DNA from: Acidimicrobiales bacterium
GTDB lineage: Bacteria; Actinomycetota; Acidimicrobiia; Acidimicrobiales; SZUA-35
NCBI GenBank assembly: GCA_965216675.1
Contig: CBDCGK010000004.1
Span: 455,692-519,691 of the forward strand
Length of the DNA stretch: 64,000 nt
Direction: 5' to 3'
Shown here: positions 16,102 through 24,100 of the stretch, in pieces
Layout of the letters: each line of letters begins with the position of its first letter
Numbering within the stretch: the first letter of the stretch is position 1
Made by a program: the position numbers and the translations under genes
Notes under the pieces: generated by a model
Seen by the model: the letters and a program-made list of their open reading frames with translations, nothing else
The model's database searches: none
What the model was told of the DNA's origin: nothing

Positions 16102-16144
16102 CACGTCACTCATCATCACATCACCCATCATCACGTCACTCATC
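16102..16144. repeat. Two exact 13-bp direct repeats CACGTCACTCATC (16102-16114 and 16132-16144)
   Basis: Read directly. They sit in the short divergent region between the GNAT gene and the 4-oxalocrotonate decarboxylase gene. Confidence 0.4.
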
Positions 16145-16175
16145 GGCACACGCCGGGAACGGAGCACGCAAGACC

Positions 16176-16952
16176 ATGATCGACCACGCCCACTGGGCCT
16201 CCTATCTCGCCGCCGGTGTCGACGAGCGACGGGAGCTTCAGGCCATCACCAAGCAGGTCGACGAACTCTCGATTGACGACGCCTACGCCATCCAGACTGC
16301 GCTTCTCGAACTCCAACTCGACCGGGGCGACACCCTGGCCGGGGCCAAACTCGGCTTGACCTCGGTGGCCAAGCAGGAGCAGATGGGGGTCACCGAGCCC
16401 TGTTATGGCTGGGTGCCGGCCGCGACGGTGGTGGCCAACGGCGGCACGATCCCGCTCGACGAGCTGATCCATCCCCGGTGTGAGCCGGAGCTGGTGTTCG
16501 TGCTCGGTGAGGATCTGGCCGGGCCCGGCGTGACCGGCGAGGATGTGTTGGACGCCACCGAGAAGGTGCTGGGGGGCATCGAGATCATCGACTCGCGCTA
16601 CGAGGCATTCTCGTTCACCTTGCCCGATGTCATCGCCGACAACACCTCGGCCGCCCGGGTCGTGCTCGGCAGCGAGGGTATCGGGCCCCGCGACCACGAT
16701 CTTGCCGCCATCGACTGCTGGTTCGACATCAACGGCGAACAGGTCGGCGAGGCGACCGGCGCCGCCCTGCTCGGCGACCCGGCCACCTGCGTCGCCCACC
16801 TGGCCAACCACGTCGGCAAGGCCGGTCTCAAGCTGGAGGCCGGCTGGCACATCCTGGCCGGGGCTGTGACCGACGCCAAGCCGTTCACCCCCGGCACGAC
16901 CGCCACCGCACGCTATTCGGTGCTGGGCGACGTGTCAGTCACGGCCGTCTGA
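16176..16952 (+). CDS. 4-oxalocrotonate decarboxylase-like (XylI/DmpH family, FAH fold)
   Basis: LAGAKLGLTSVAKQEQMGVTEPCYGWV, RCEPELVFVLG and IADNTSAARVVLG. Located immediately upstream of a 4-OT gene and the hydratase gene. Confidence 0.8.
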   Translation: MIDHAHWASYLAAGVDERRELQAITKQVDELSIDDAYAIQTALLELQLDRGDTLAGAKLGLTSVAKQEQMGVTEPCYGWVPAATVVANGGTIPLDELIHPRCEPELVFVLGEDLAGPGVTGEDVLDATEKVLGGIEIIDSRYEAFSFTLPDVIADNTSAARVVLGSEGIGPRDHDLAAIDCWFDINGEQVGEATGAALLGDPATCVAHLANHVGKAGLKLEAGWHILAGAVTDAKPFTPGTTATARYSVLGDVSVTAV

Positions 16953-16968
16953 AGAAGGACCATCGACC

Positions 16969-17220
16969 ATGCCCCTCGTCAACGTGCACATGGCCTCCGG
17001 CCGCAGTCCCGAGCAGAAGAAGGCGCTGATGACCGCGATCACCGACGCCGTCGTCGACACGCTCGGCGCCCCGCGTGATTCGGTGCGGGTCTGGATCACC
17101 GAGATGTCGAACCTCGACTTCATGGCCGGTGGCGAACTGCTGGCCGACAAGCAAGCGCGCCTTGCCGCCGGACAGGCGACGCCGATCGAGTCCACGTCGA
17201 ATGGAGAAGGTGATGGTTGA
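16969..17220 (+). CDS. 4-oxalocrotonate tautomerase family protein
   Basis: MPLVNVHMASGRSPEQKKALMTAITDAVVDTLGAPRDSVRVWITEM has the catalytic Pro1 after Met and a beta-alpha-beta tautomerase pattern. It carries a ~20-aa C-terminal tail beyond the usual length. Confidence 0.8.
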   Translation: MPLVNVHMASGRSPEQKKALMTAITDAVVDTLGAPRDSVRVWITEMSNLDFMAGGELLADKQARLAAGQATPIESTSNGEGDG

Positions 17221-18007
17221 GCAGAACCTGATCGAGCAGGCGGCCCTCGCGCTGCGCAAGGCGATGGAGTCGTCAACGCCCATCGAGCCGATCCGCACCA
17301 TCGTCGGAACCGACTCCGACATCGACGTCGGCTACGCCATCCAGGATCTGAACACCGAGGCCGACATCGCCGCCGGCCGCCGGGTCTGCGGACGCAAGAT
17401 CGGCGTCACGGCCCGGGCCGTGATGGACATGATCGGTGTGGATCAGCCCGACTTCGGCACGCTGTTCGCCGACATGGAATACGGCGACGGTGTGCCCATC
17501 GAACCCGGCCGTCTCATCCAGCCCAGGGCCGAGGCCGAGGTCGCGCTGGTGCTCGATCGCGACCTCGACAAGGGACAGCACACGTTCAACGACATAATCG
17601 CCGCCACCGCCTACGCCCTCCCGTCGATCGAGATCGTCGATTCCCGCATCGCCGATTGGGACATCTCGATCGTCGACACGGTGGCCGACAATGCCAGCTG
17701 CGGCCTGTACGTGCTCGGTGGTCGACCCGTCACGCTCGACCGCTTCGACCTGCGGACCGTCCCGATGACGATGAACGTCAACGGCGTCGAGGCCACGACC
17801 GGCATCGGCGCCGCCTGCCTCCACCACCCGCTGAACGCCGCCCGATGGCTGGCCGACACCCTGTCGGCGAGAGGCATCCCGCTCCGAGCCGGCGACGTGT
17901 TGATGACCGGCTCGCTCGGAGCGATGAAACCGATCGGTCCCGGTGACACGGTCGACGCCGACTTCGGGCCGCTCGGCACCGTGACCACGTACCTGGAGCA
18001 GGCATGA
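17213..18007 (+). CDS. mhpD: 2-oxopent-4-enoate (2-keto-4-pentenoate) hydratase
   Basis: [38 protein letters not shown] and [13 protein letters not shown]. Start at ATG 17213 after GGAGAAGG, overlapping the tautomerase stop. 4-bp overlap with the next gene. Confidence 0.85.
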   Translation: MVEQNLIEQAALALRKAMESSTPIEPIRTIVGTDSDIDVGYAIQDLNTEADIAAGRRVCGRKIGVTARAVMDMIGVDQPDFGTLFADMEYGDGVPIEPGRLIQPRAEAEVALVLDRDLDKGQHTFNDIIAATAYALPSIEIVDSRIADWDISIVDTVADNASCGLYVLGGRPVTLDRFDLRTVPMTMNVNGVEATTGIGAACLHHPLNAARWLADTLSARGIPLRAGDVLMTGSLGAMKPIGPGDTVDADFGPLGTVTTYLEQA

Positions 18008-18903
18008 CGGGATCACGAGCCACGGCCGCCATCGTCGGGTCCGGAAACATCGGCACCGACCTCATGTACAAGCTGTTGCGGTCCGAGCACCTCGAGCCGC
18101 GGTGGATGATCGGTGTCGACCCCGACTCCGAGGGTTTGAAACGGGCGGCGGATCAGGGTTTGGAGGCGTCGGCCGAGGGTGTGGATTGGCTACTCGCCCA
18201 GTCAGAGTTGCCCCAGGTCGTGTTCGAGGCCACGTCGGCCTACGTACACGTCCGCAACGCGCCCCGCTACCGGGAAGCCGGCATCAGGGCGGTCGACCTG
18301 ACTCCGGCGGCCAGGGGTCCGTTCGTGGTGCCGCCGGCCAACCTCACCGAACATCTCGACGAGATGAACGTCAACATGGTCACCTGCGGTGGCCAGGCCA
18401 CGATTCCCATGGTCCACGCCGTGTCCCGTGTCGTACCGGTCGACTACGCCGAGATCGTGGCCACGGTGGCCTCGAAGTCAGCCGGTCCGGGAACCCGTCA
18501 GAACATCGACGAGTTCACCCGGACGACCTCACGGGCCGTCGAGGAGATCGGCGGCGCCACCCGGGGCAAGGCCATCATCATCCTCAACCCGGCCGAGCCA
18601 CCGCTCATCATGCGCGACACCATCTTCTGTTCCATTCCGGCCGACGCCGACACGGCCAAGATCACCGACTCGATCAACGAGGTGGCGGCCCAGGTCCAGT
18701 CCTATGTCCCCGGCTACCGGCTCACCGCCGAGCCCCAGTTCGATCCGCCCGAGCTCGGTCAGACCAACGGCCGGGTCGCCATCTTCGTCGAGGTCGAAGG
18801 GGCCGGCGACTTCCTGCCGCCGTACTCCGGGAACCTCGACATCATGACCGCAGCCGCCACCAAGGTGGGCGAGGAGATCGCCCAGACTATGACTCACCGC
18901 TGA
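18004..18903 (+). CDS. mhpF: Acetaldehyde dehydrogenase (acetylating)
   Basis: [34 protein letters not shown] (catalytic Cys context) and [14 protein letters not shown] are strongly characteristic of DmpF/MhpF. Confidence 0.92.
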   Translation: MTGSRATAAIVGSGNIGTDLMYKLLRSEHLEPRWMIGVDPDSEGLKRAADQGLEASAEGVDWLLAQSELPQVVFEATSAYVHVRNAPRYREAGIRAVDLTPAARGPFVVPPANLTEHLDEMNVNMVTCGGQATIPMVHAVSRVVPVDYAEIVATVASKSAGPGTRQNIDEFTRTTSRAVEEIGGATRGKAIIILNPAEPPLIMRDTIFCSIPADADTAKITDSINEVAAQVQSYVPGYRLTAEPQFDPPELGQTNGRVAIFVEVEGAGDFLPPYSGNLDIMTAAATKVGEEIAQTMTHR

Positions 18904-18910
18904 TCCCCGC

Positions 18911-18966
18911 CCGAACTTTGAGCCTCCCACGACCCGGAAATGGGTCGCCGGCGGCCCAAAGTTCGG
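18911..18966 (+). other. Structured intercistronic element: 10-bp outer stem (CCGAACTTTG / CAAAGTTCGG) enclosing a 6-bp hairpin (CGACCC-ggaaat-GGGTCG)
   Basis: Read directly. It occupies most of the 85-bp spacer between the acetaldehyde dehydrogenase and aldolase genes. Confidence 0.4.
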
Positions 18967-18988
18967 TGGGATCCCAAGGAGACCGACC

Positions 18989-20038
18989 ATGACCGTCCCC
19001 GCCCCACTCCCCCGGACCTTTTGCGACACCCTCGACGTCCGGGTCACCGACACGTCGCTTCGCGACGGCTCGCACGCCAAACGTCATCGGTTCACCGAGG
19101 CTCACGTCCGCTCGATCGTGGCCGCGTTGGACGACGCCGGCATGCCCGTCATCGAGGTGACCCACGGCGACGGGCTCGGCGGCTCGTCCTACAACTACGG
19201 CCACTCCCTGGTCGATGAACGCATCCTGATGAAAGCCGCCGTCGACCAGGCGGTCAACGCCAAGATCGCCGCCCTGATGCTGCCGGGCCTCGGCACCAAG
19301 GACGACATCAAGGCCATCGCCGAGATCGGCGTGTCGATCGTACGGGTAGCCACCCATTGCACCGAGGCCGATATCTCCGAACAGCACTTCGGGCTGGCCC
19401 GGGAGATCGGCCTGGAAACCGTCGGGTTCCTGATGATGGCCCACACGTCGTCGCCCGAGGACCTGGCCTCACAGGCCCGCATCATGACCGATGCCGGCTG
19501 CCAATGCGTGTACGTCGTCGACTCGGCCGGGGCCATGATCCTGGAGGACGCCTCGGACCGGGTGGCCGCCGTCGTGGCCGAACTCGGTGACGACGCCCAG
19601 GTCGGCTTCCACGGCCACGAGAACCTGTCACTGTCGCTGGCCAACACCCTCGCGGCCATGCGGGCCGGGGCCGTCCAGGTCGACGGCTCGACCCGCCGGT
19701 TCGGCGCCGGGTCCGGCAACACGAGCTGTGAGGCGTTGGCCGCGGTCACCGAGCGCCTCGGCATCAACTCCGGGCTCGACGTCTTGAAGATGATCGACGC
19801 CGCCGAAGACGTGGTCCGCCCGGTCATGGACGGCGAGTGTGTGCTCGATCGTATGTCGCTCATCATGGGCTACGCCGGCGTCTATTCGAGCTTCCTGAAG
19901 CACGCCTACCGGGCCGCCGAACGCTACGACGTGTCGGGGGCCGACATCCTGATGGAATGCGGCAACCGAAAGCTGGTGGGCGGCCAGGAGGATCAGATCA
20001 TCCAGATCGCGGCCGACCTGGCCGCATCCCGGGGCTGA
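18989..20038 (+). CDS. mhpE: 4-hydroxy-2-oxovalerate aldolase
   Basis: [39 protein letters not shown] and [18 protein letters not shown] are the DmpG/MhpE signature blocks. Confidence 0.92.
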   Translation: MTVPAPLPRTFCDTLDVRVTDTSLRDGSHAKRHRFTEAHVRSIVAALDDAGMPVIEVTHGDGLGGSSYNYGHSLVDERILMKAAVDQAVNAKIAALMLPGLGTKDDIKAIAEIGVSIVRVATHCTEADISEQHFGLAREIGLETVGFLMMAHTSSPEDLASQARIMTDAGCQCVYVVDSAGAMILEDASDRVAAVVAELGDDAQVGFHGHENLSLSLANTLAAMRAGAVQVDGSTRRFGAGSGNTSCEALAAVTERLGINSGLDVLKMIDAAEDVVRPVMDGECVLDRMSLIMGYAGVYSSFLKHAYRAAERYDVSGADILMECGNRKLVGGQEDQIIQIAADLAASRG

Positions 20039-20202
20039 AACTACGGATCTCGCCACCACGTGCGGAGCAGACGACCCGCTGTCGCCTGACAACGTTCGCG
20101 CTCGTCACCAGCGTCGCTACGACGACAATACTCGGCTGCGGCGTACCCATAGACCCCTCTATCGGCCGCGGTTCGATCGGGGGAATCGAGGGCAGTCAGG
20201 CG

Positions 20203-20685
20203 ATGATTGACGCCGTCTACATCGACTCAGCTGACGACAATAGGCAGGTGTTCGAGATCGAGTCGAACGAATTCCTGGACGACACCTTCGACCTGCCAGA
20301 GGCCGGCGATGAGCTGATCGTCAGGGACTACCATCGTGGGGCCTCCTTCGAGAAAGACCGTCGCTACCTGCTGTTTGTCAGTGAAGACCTGTCCGGCGAA
20401 ACGCCGCTCCTGCGCTTCGCCTTCAACCTCGACGCTGCCGGTCTGGTACCGGGCCATGACGAACCGGCGACGCTGGCAGACAGCGGCGTTCGCGACGGTC
20501 GGCCCGTGATCGACGTCGTCGACTGCGTCCAGTCGGAATTGGGATCGGCGTCACGCGATGAGGCGCTCCGGCAGCTCGGCCGAGACACCGATCCGTCAGC
20601 TCGACTCCGTTCAACCCCTCGCCGTGGTGCGTGGCTGGTATTGATCGCCTGCGACCCTGGAGACGATGGCCACCCCGAACCATAA
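20203..20685 (+). CDS. Hypothetical acidic protein (possibly a lipoprotein if translation starts upstream)
   Basis: The translation has plausible protein composition in a region of locally lower GC. The first ATG is 20203. The in-frame upstream extension encodes RCRLTTFALVTSVATTTILGC (signal peptide plus lipobox), but there is no ATG/GTG/TTG between 20038 and 20203. Confidence 0.35.
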   Translation: MIDAVYIDSADDNRQVFEIESNEFLDDTFDLPEAGDELIVRDYHRGASFEKDRRYLLFVSEDLSGETPLLRFAFNLDAAGLVPGHDEPATLADSGVRDGRPVIDVVDCVQSELGSASRDEALRQLGRDTDPSARLRSTPRRGAWLVLIACDPGDDGHPEP

Positions 20686-20725
20686 GGCCCGAACCACCCA
20701 AGCCTTGACGGGGTCGGGACCTGCA

Positions 20726-20769
20726 AAGTGAAGCAGATTCGGACAGTTTTGTCCGGATCCGCTTCACTT
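20726..20769. repeat. Inverted repeat AAGTGAAGC ... GCTTCACTT with an inner TCGGACA/TGTCCGGA pairing
   Basis: Read directly. It lies in the spacer between the hypothetical ORF and the SDR gene. It could be a terminator or an operator. Confidence 0.3.
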
Positions 20770-20785
20770 CGGCCATCATGAGGCC

Positions 20786-21526
20786 ATGGATCTCGGAATC
20801 GACGGACGGACGGCACTGATCACCGGAGCCTCGGCCGGGCTCGGCCTGGCCTGCGCCAGGGCGCTGGCAGCCGAAGGGGTGCAGGTAGCGCTGAGCTCCC
20901 GGTCGGCCGAAAAGCTGAATGCGGCCGCCGCCACGATTCCCGGAGCAATTACCATCCCGGCCGATGTCAGCGACCTGTCCGATCGGCGGGCCATGATGGA
21001 CCGGGCCGAGGCGGGGCTCGGGCCGATCGACATCGTCATCGCCAACGGCGGAGGCCCGCCACCGGGCACGTTCGCGTCCACCGACTTCGACGCCTACGCC
21101 CAGGCGGTCAATCTGAACCTGCTGCCGGCCGTCGACATGTGCAAGCGCTTCGTTCCCGCCATGCAGAAGCGGGGCTGGGGTCGGGTGGTGGCCATAACCT
21201 CCACGTCGGTGCGCGAACCCATCGACCGACTGATCCTGTCCAACACGGCCCGGGCCGGACTCACCGCCTTCCTCAAGACAACCGCCCGGGAAGTGGCAGG
21301 TGACGGCGTGACGGTGAACTCGGTCCAGCCCGGCCTGCACCTCACCGACCGCCTCGAATCGGTCTATACCGACACAGCGGCCCTGGCCGAGACCGTACCG
21401 GCGAAGGCTCTGGGCGACCCTGCCGATTTCGGTCGAATCGTCGCCTTCCTCTGCTCGGAGCACGCCCGGTTCGTCACCGGCCAGGCGCTGGCAATCGACG
21501 GCGGCGCCACCCGCGGTCTGCAATAG
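20786..21526 (+). CDS. SDR-family oxidoreductase (atypical active site)
   Basis: ALITGASAGLGLA (TGxxxGxG), IANGGG (NNAG-like) and a Rossmann layout. By manual alignment the expected YxxxK position reads S-N-T-A-R. Confidence 0.8.
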   Translation: MDLGIDGRTALITGASAGLGLACARALAAEGVQVALSSRSAEKLNAAAATIPGAITIPADVSDLSDRRAMMDRAEAGLGPIDIVIANGGGPPPGTFASTDFDAYAQAVNLNLLPAVDMCKRFVPAMQKRGWGRVVAITSTSVREPIDRLILSNTARAGLTAFLKTTAREVAGDGVTVNSVQPGLHLTDRLESVYTDTAALAETVPAKALGDPADFGRIVAFLCSEHARFVTGQALAIDGGATRGLQ

Positions 21527-21606
21527 CAGCCCACGAGCGGCGCCGATCGTCGCATCTGGTCTTGGCGCCGGTCACAACTCGGTCGCACCGGCTTTCGGGA
21601 ACGACG

Positions 21607-22329
21607 TCAGTCGTTGAGGGTGAACCGGAGCTGAACGAGGCGGAGGCCGTTGTTGTTGTACTCCCAGAACTCACCCTCGATACGGTCGTCGAAGATCGGG
21701 ACGGTGATGTATTCGGTGGTGGTCACACCGTCGAGCGTGATCTCCACCTCGAAGGTGATGGTCAGCAGCTCCTGCGTGACGTTGCCCCACATCGGGCGAC
21801 CGCTGTTGCGAACCAGGTTCACGTCGTACTGCTCGAGGGTGCAGTAGGCGTCGGGATCGATCAGCGAGCGCCGGTTCTTCACCGACAGTTCACCATCGAG
21901 ACCGAGGTCGACGATCTCGGCGCAGGTCGAGATCGTGGCCGAGCCACCAGGGGTACCGAGCGCCCGGACGTGGACCGAGTAGGTGCCGTCGAGCTCGCCG
22001 TCGCCGTCGACGTCGGGATCGAGCAGACCCAGCGTGGCGCCGTCCTTGTCGGTGCCGTTTCCGTCGATGACCTGGAACTCGTCACTCTCCTCGAGGTTGA
22101 TCTTCGACAGACCTTCGAGGTTGACGAAGATGGTGCGGCGCTCGGTGTCATCGAGATCGGTCTTCTTGGCCTTGTCGACGCCGACGATGTTGACCAGGTA
22201 ATCGGGATGCGGTGACGGGCCGTTGGCCTCAGCATCGGCGGATATGCCGCCGAGCACCACCAGGGTGCTCAGGAGTCCGACAACGACGCCGATGGCGGTG
22301 AGAATTCTGGTAAGAGGTTTGCGTGACAT
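21607..22329 (-). CDS. Secreted protein of unknown function (Sec signal peptide; Asp/Gly-rich Ca-binding-like loop)
   Basis: Start at ATG 22329, 5 nt after a strong GAAGGAG. MSRKPLTRILTAIGVVVGLLSTLVVLGGISADA-EA is a signal peptide with an AxA site. It has a DPDVDGDGELDG motif, two Cys residues and locally lower GC. Confidence 0.6.
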   Translation of the reverse strand: MSRKPLTRILTAIGVVVGLLSTLVVLGGISADAEANGPSPHPDYLVNIVGVDKAKKTDLDDTERRTIFVNLEGLSKINLEESDEFQVIDGNGTDKDGATLGLLDPDVDGDGELDGTYSVHVRALGTPGGSATISTCAEIVDLGLDGELSVKNRRSLIDPDAYCTLEQYDVNLVRNSGRPMWGNVTQELLTITFEVEITLDGVTTTEYITVPIFDDRIEGEFWEYNNNGLRLVQLRFTLND

Positions 22330-22574
22330 TTTGCTCCTTCGTCGCCCGGATTTGGTGGTGAACAGCGTCATGTCCGCGCCAAAACGATTCCCTCTCAGGT
22401 TTCGCTCCCGCCCGGACGTTCGTCAACCTAACATCGGGCCCAGTCCATGCTCAACGACCCGTCTGCCAAGAGTGGGACAATCCCGGTAAAGAGTTGCTAT
22501 AGCTTGTCGAAGGAGCCTGTATTGCTGGGAACTATTGCCCAGTTTCAGATCTCATAGGATTGAATTCGACCCAG

Positions 22575-23357
22575 TCATCGGCGCCGCACACGCTCCAGAT
22601 AGCGGGCAGCGGCGGCCCGGGATTCGCCGTCGTGCAGTGCGGCCACCAAGCTGTCGGCGTCGTTCCAGTTCCGAACAGCCCCCGACATGGACTCGAGCAC
22701 AGCGTTGACGTGACGCTTCGTCGCCTGCAACGTCAAGGTCGACTTCTGGATCAGGTCGGCGGCCAGCAAATCGACCGTGTCGTCGAGTTCGGCGGCGGGA
22801 ACAACCCGATTCAGGAAGCCGAGCGCTTTGGCCTCGTCGGCACCGAACGGGCGACAGGTCATCACCAGCTCACGGGTCATCGCCGGTCCGATCTCGCGCA
22901 CCAGCCGGGGAATGCCTCCCCACGCCAGCGGGATGCCGAGGTCGACCTCCGGAATCGAGAAACGGGTGTCGTCGGCGGCCACACGAAGATCACACCCGGC
23001 GGCCAACACCAGTCCCCCGCCAACGCAGTGGCCCTGGATGGCGGCGATGGTGACGGCGCCGAGCCGCTCCAATGACTCGACCATGAGACGACCAGCATCA
23101 GCCGATGCTCGAGGGCTCAATCCCTGGTTGGCTTCAGCCGAGCCGAAAAAGCTCAGGTCGGCCCCGGCCGAGAACGCCCGTCCCCGACCCGAAACAACGA
23201 CAACCTTGAGGCCCTCGACCCGGTCAAGGGTGGTGAACGCGTCCGTCAGCTCCAAGAGCGTGGCGGTGCTGAGCGGGTTGAGCTTGTCCGGTCGGTTGAG
23301 GGCGACCTGGCCAATGGCGCCGTCTGTTGCCACGTCGATCGTCTCGTAATCGTGCAT
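22575..23357 (-). CDS. Enoyl-CoA hydratase/isomerase (crotonase) family protein
   Basis: VALNRPDKLNPL, VVVVSGRGRAFSAGADL and IAAIQGHCVGGGLVLAAGCDLRVA are crotonase oxyanion-hole motifs. Confidence 0.85.
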   Translation of the reverse strand: MHDYETIDVATDGAIGQVALNRPDKLNPLSTATLLELTDAFTTLDRVEGLKVVVVSGRGRAFSAGADLSFFGSAEANQGLSPRASADAGRLMVESLERLGAVTIAAIQGHCVGGGLVLAAGCDLRVAADDTRFSIPEVDLGIPLAWGGIPRLVREIGPAMTRELVMTCRPFGADEAKALGFLNRVVPAAELDDTVDLLAADLIQKSTLTLQATKRHVNAVLESMSGAVRNWNDADSLVAALHDGESRAAAARYLERVRRR

Positions 23358-23464
23358 GGATCGTTGCTCCTCTTATCGGTTGGCGATATTCGGTTGTGGT
23401 GCTGCCCGTCAGGTGGCGATCATAGGAGTCGGACCGCGGATCGAGCGAGCCCGGTCGAAGCGCC

Positions 23465-24100
23465 ATGATGACAACCAGAAGCCAGGAACACCCGACATTC
23501 GTCGACGACACCGGCTGGATACACCTTCGCGGGATCCTGACCGTCAGCCAGGCCGCCGCCCTGGCTGACGAGTGCCTCGAGATGTTGGCCGCAGCCGGCG
23601 ATGATCGGCGGACCGGCGACAAACCGTTTTCCGGGACCCGCCGCCTCGTCGATCTGACCGACCGCATGCCGGCGATGGTCGAGCAGATAACCTCCCATCC
23701 GACCGTCGCCAGAACCGTCGAGTCGGTGCTCGGGTCGAACACCGTCGTCGGCGAGTTCACGTTCCGGTGTCCCTGGCCGGGATTCGGCCAACAGAAGCTG
23801 CACGCCGATGATCTACCGCTCGTCGACGTCGAGCAGACCCTCGGGCTGACGGCGATCATGCCTTTGGTGGCCTTCACACCCGACAACGGAGCGACCCGTC
23901 TCGTACCTGGAAGCCATCGCCGCGCCGATCTACAGAAGCTCAGCGGGAACCTCGACGGTCACCCCGACGAAATCGTTTTGACGGGCCCGGCCGGTGGTAT
24001 GTTCATGTTCTCCCGCCATGTCCTCCACTCCGGAACCAAGAACCGATCCGGGCAACCGCGTCCGGCCTTCCAGATCACCTGGGCACCGGGCCGCAGCTGA
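23465..24100 (+). CDS. Phytanoyl-CoA dioxygenase (PhyH) family Fe(II)/2-oxoglutarate dioxygenase
   Basis: QQKLHADD (HxD), NGATRLVPGSH and FSRHVLHSGTKNRS (distal His/Arg) are typical of the PhyH fold. Confidence 0.7.
   Translation: MMTTRSQEHPTFVDDTGWIHLRGILTVSQAAALADECLEMLAAAGDDRRTGDKPFSGTRRLVDLTDRMPAMVEQITSHPTVARTVESVLGSNTVVGEFTFRCPWPGFGQQKLHADDLPLVDVEQTLGLTAIMPLVAFTPDNGATRLVPGSHRRADLQKLSGNLDGHPDEIVLTGPAGGMFMFSRHVLHSGTKNRSGQPRPAFQITWAPGRS

Noticed and set aside
19837-20202. ATG 19837 as the start of the hypothetical ORF, giving a 282-aa protein
   Set aside because: It would overlap the strongly supported aldolase gene by about 200 nt in another frame, and the overlapping part translates as Arg/Gly/Pro-rich junk.
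22330-22371. The longer start (22371) for the secreted protein
   Set aside because: ATG 22329 is preceded at ideal distance by GAAGGAG and gives a standard signal peptide. The extension adds MTLFTTKSGRRRSK ahead of it with no ribosome-binding site.
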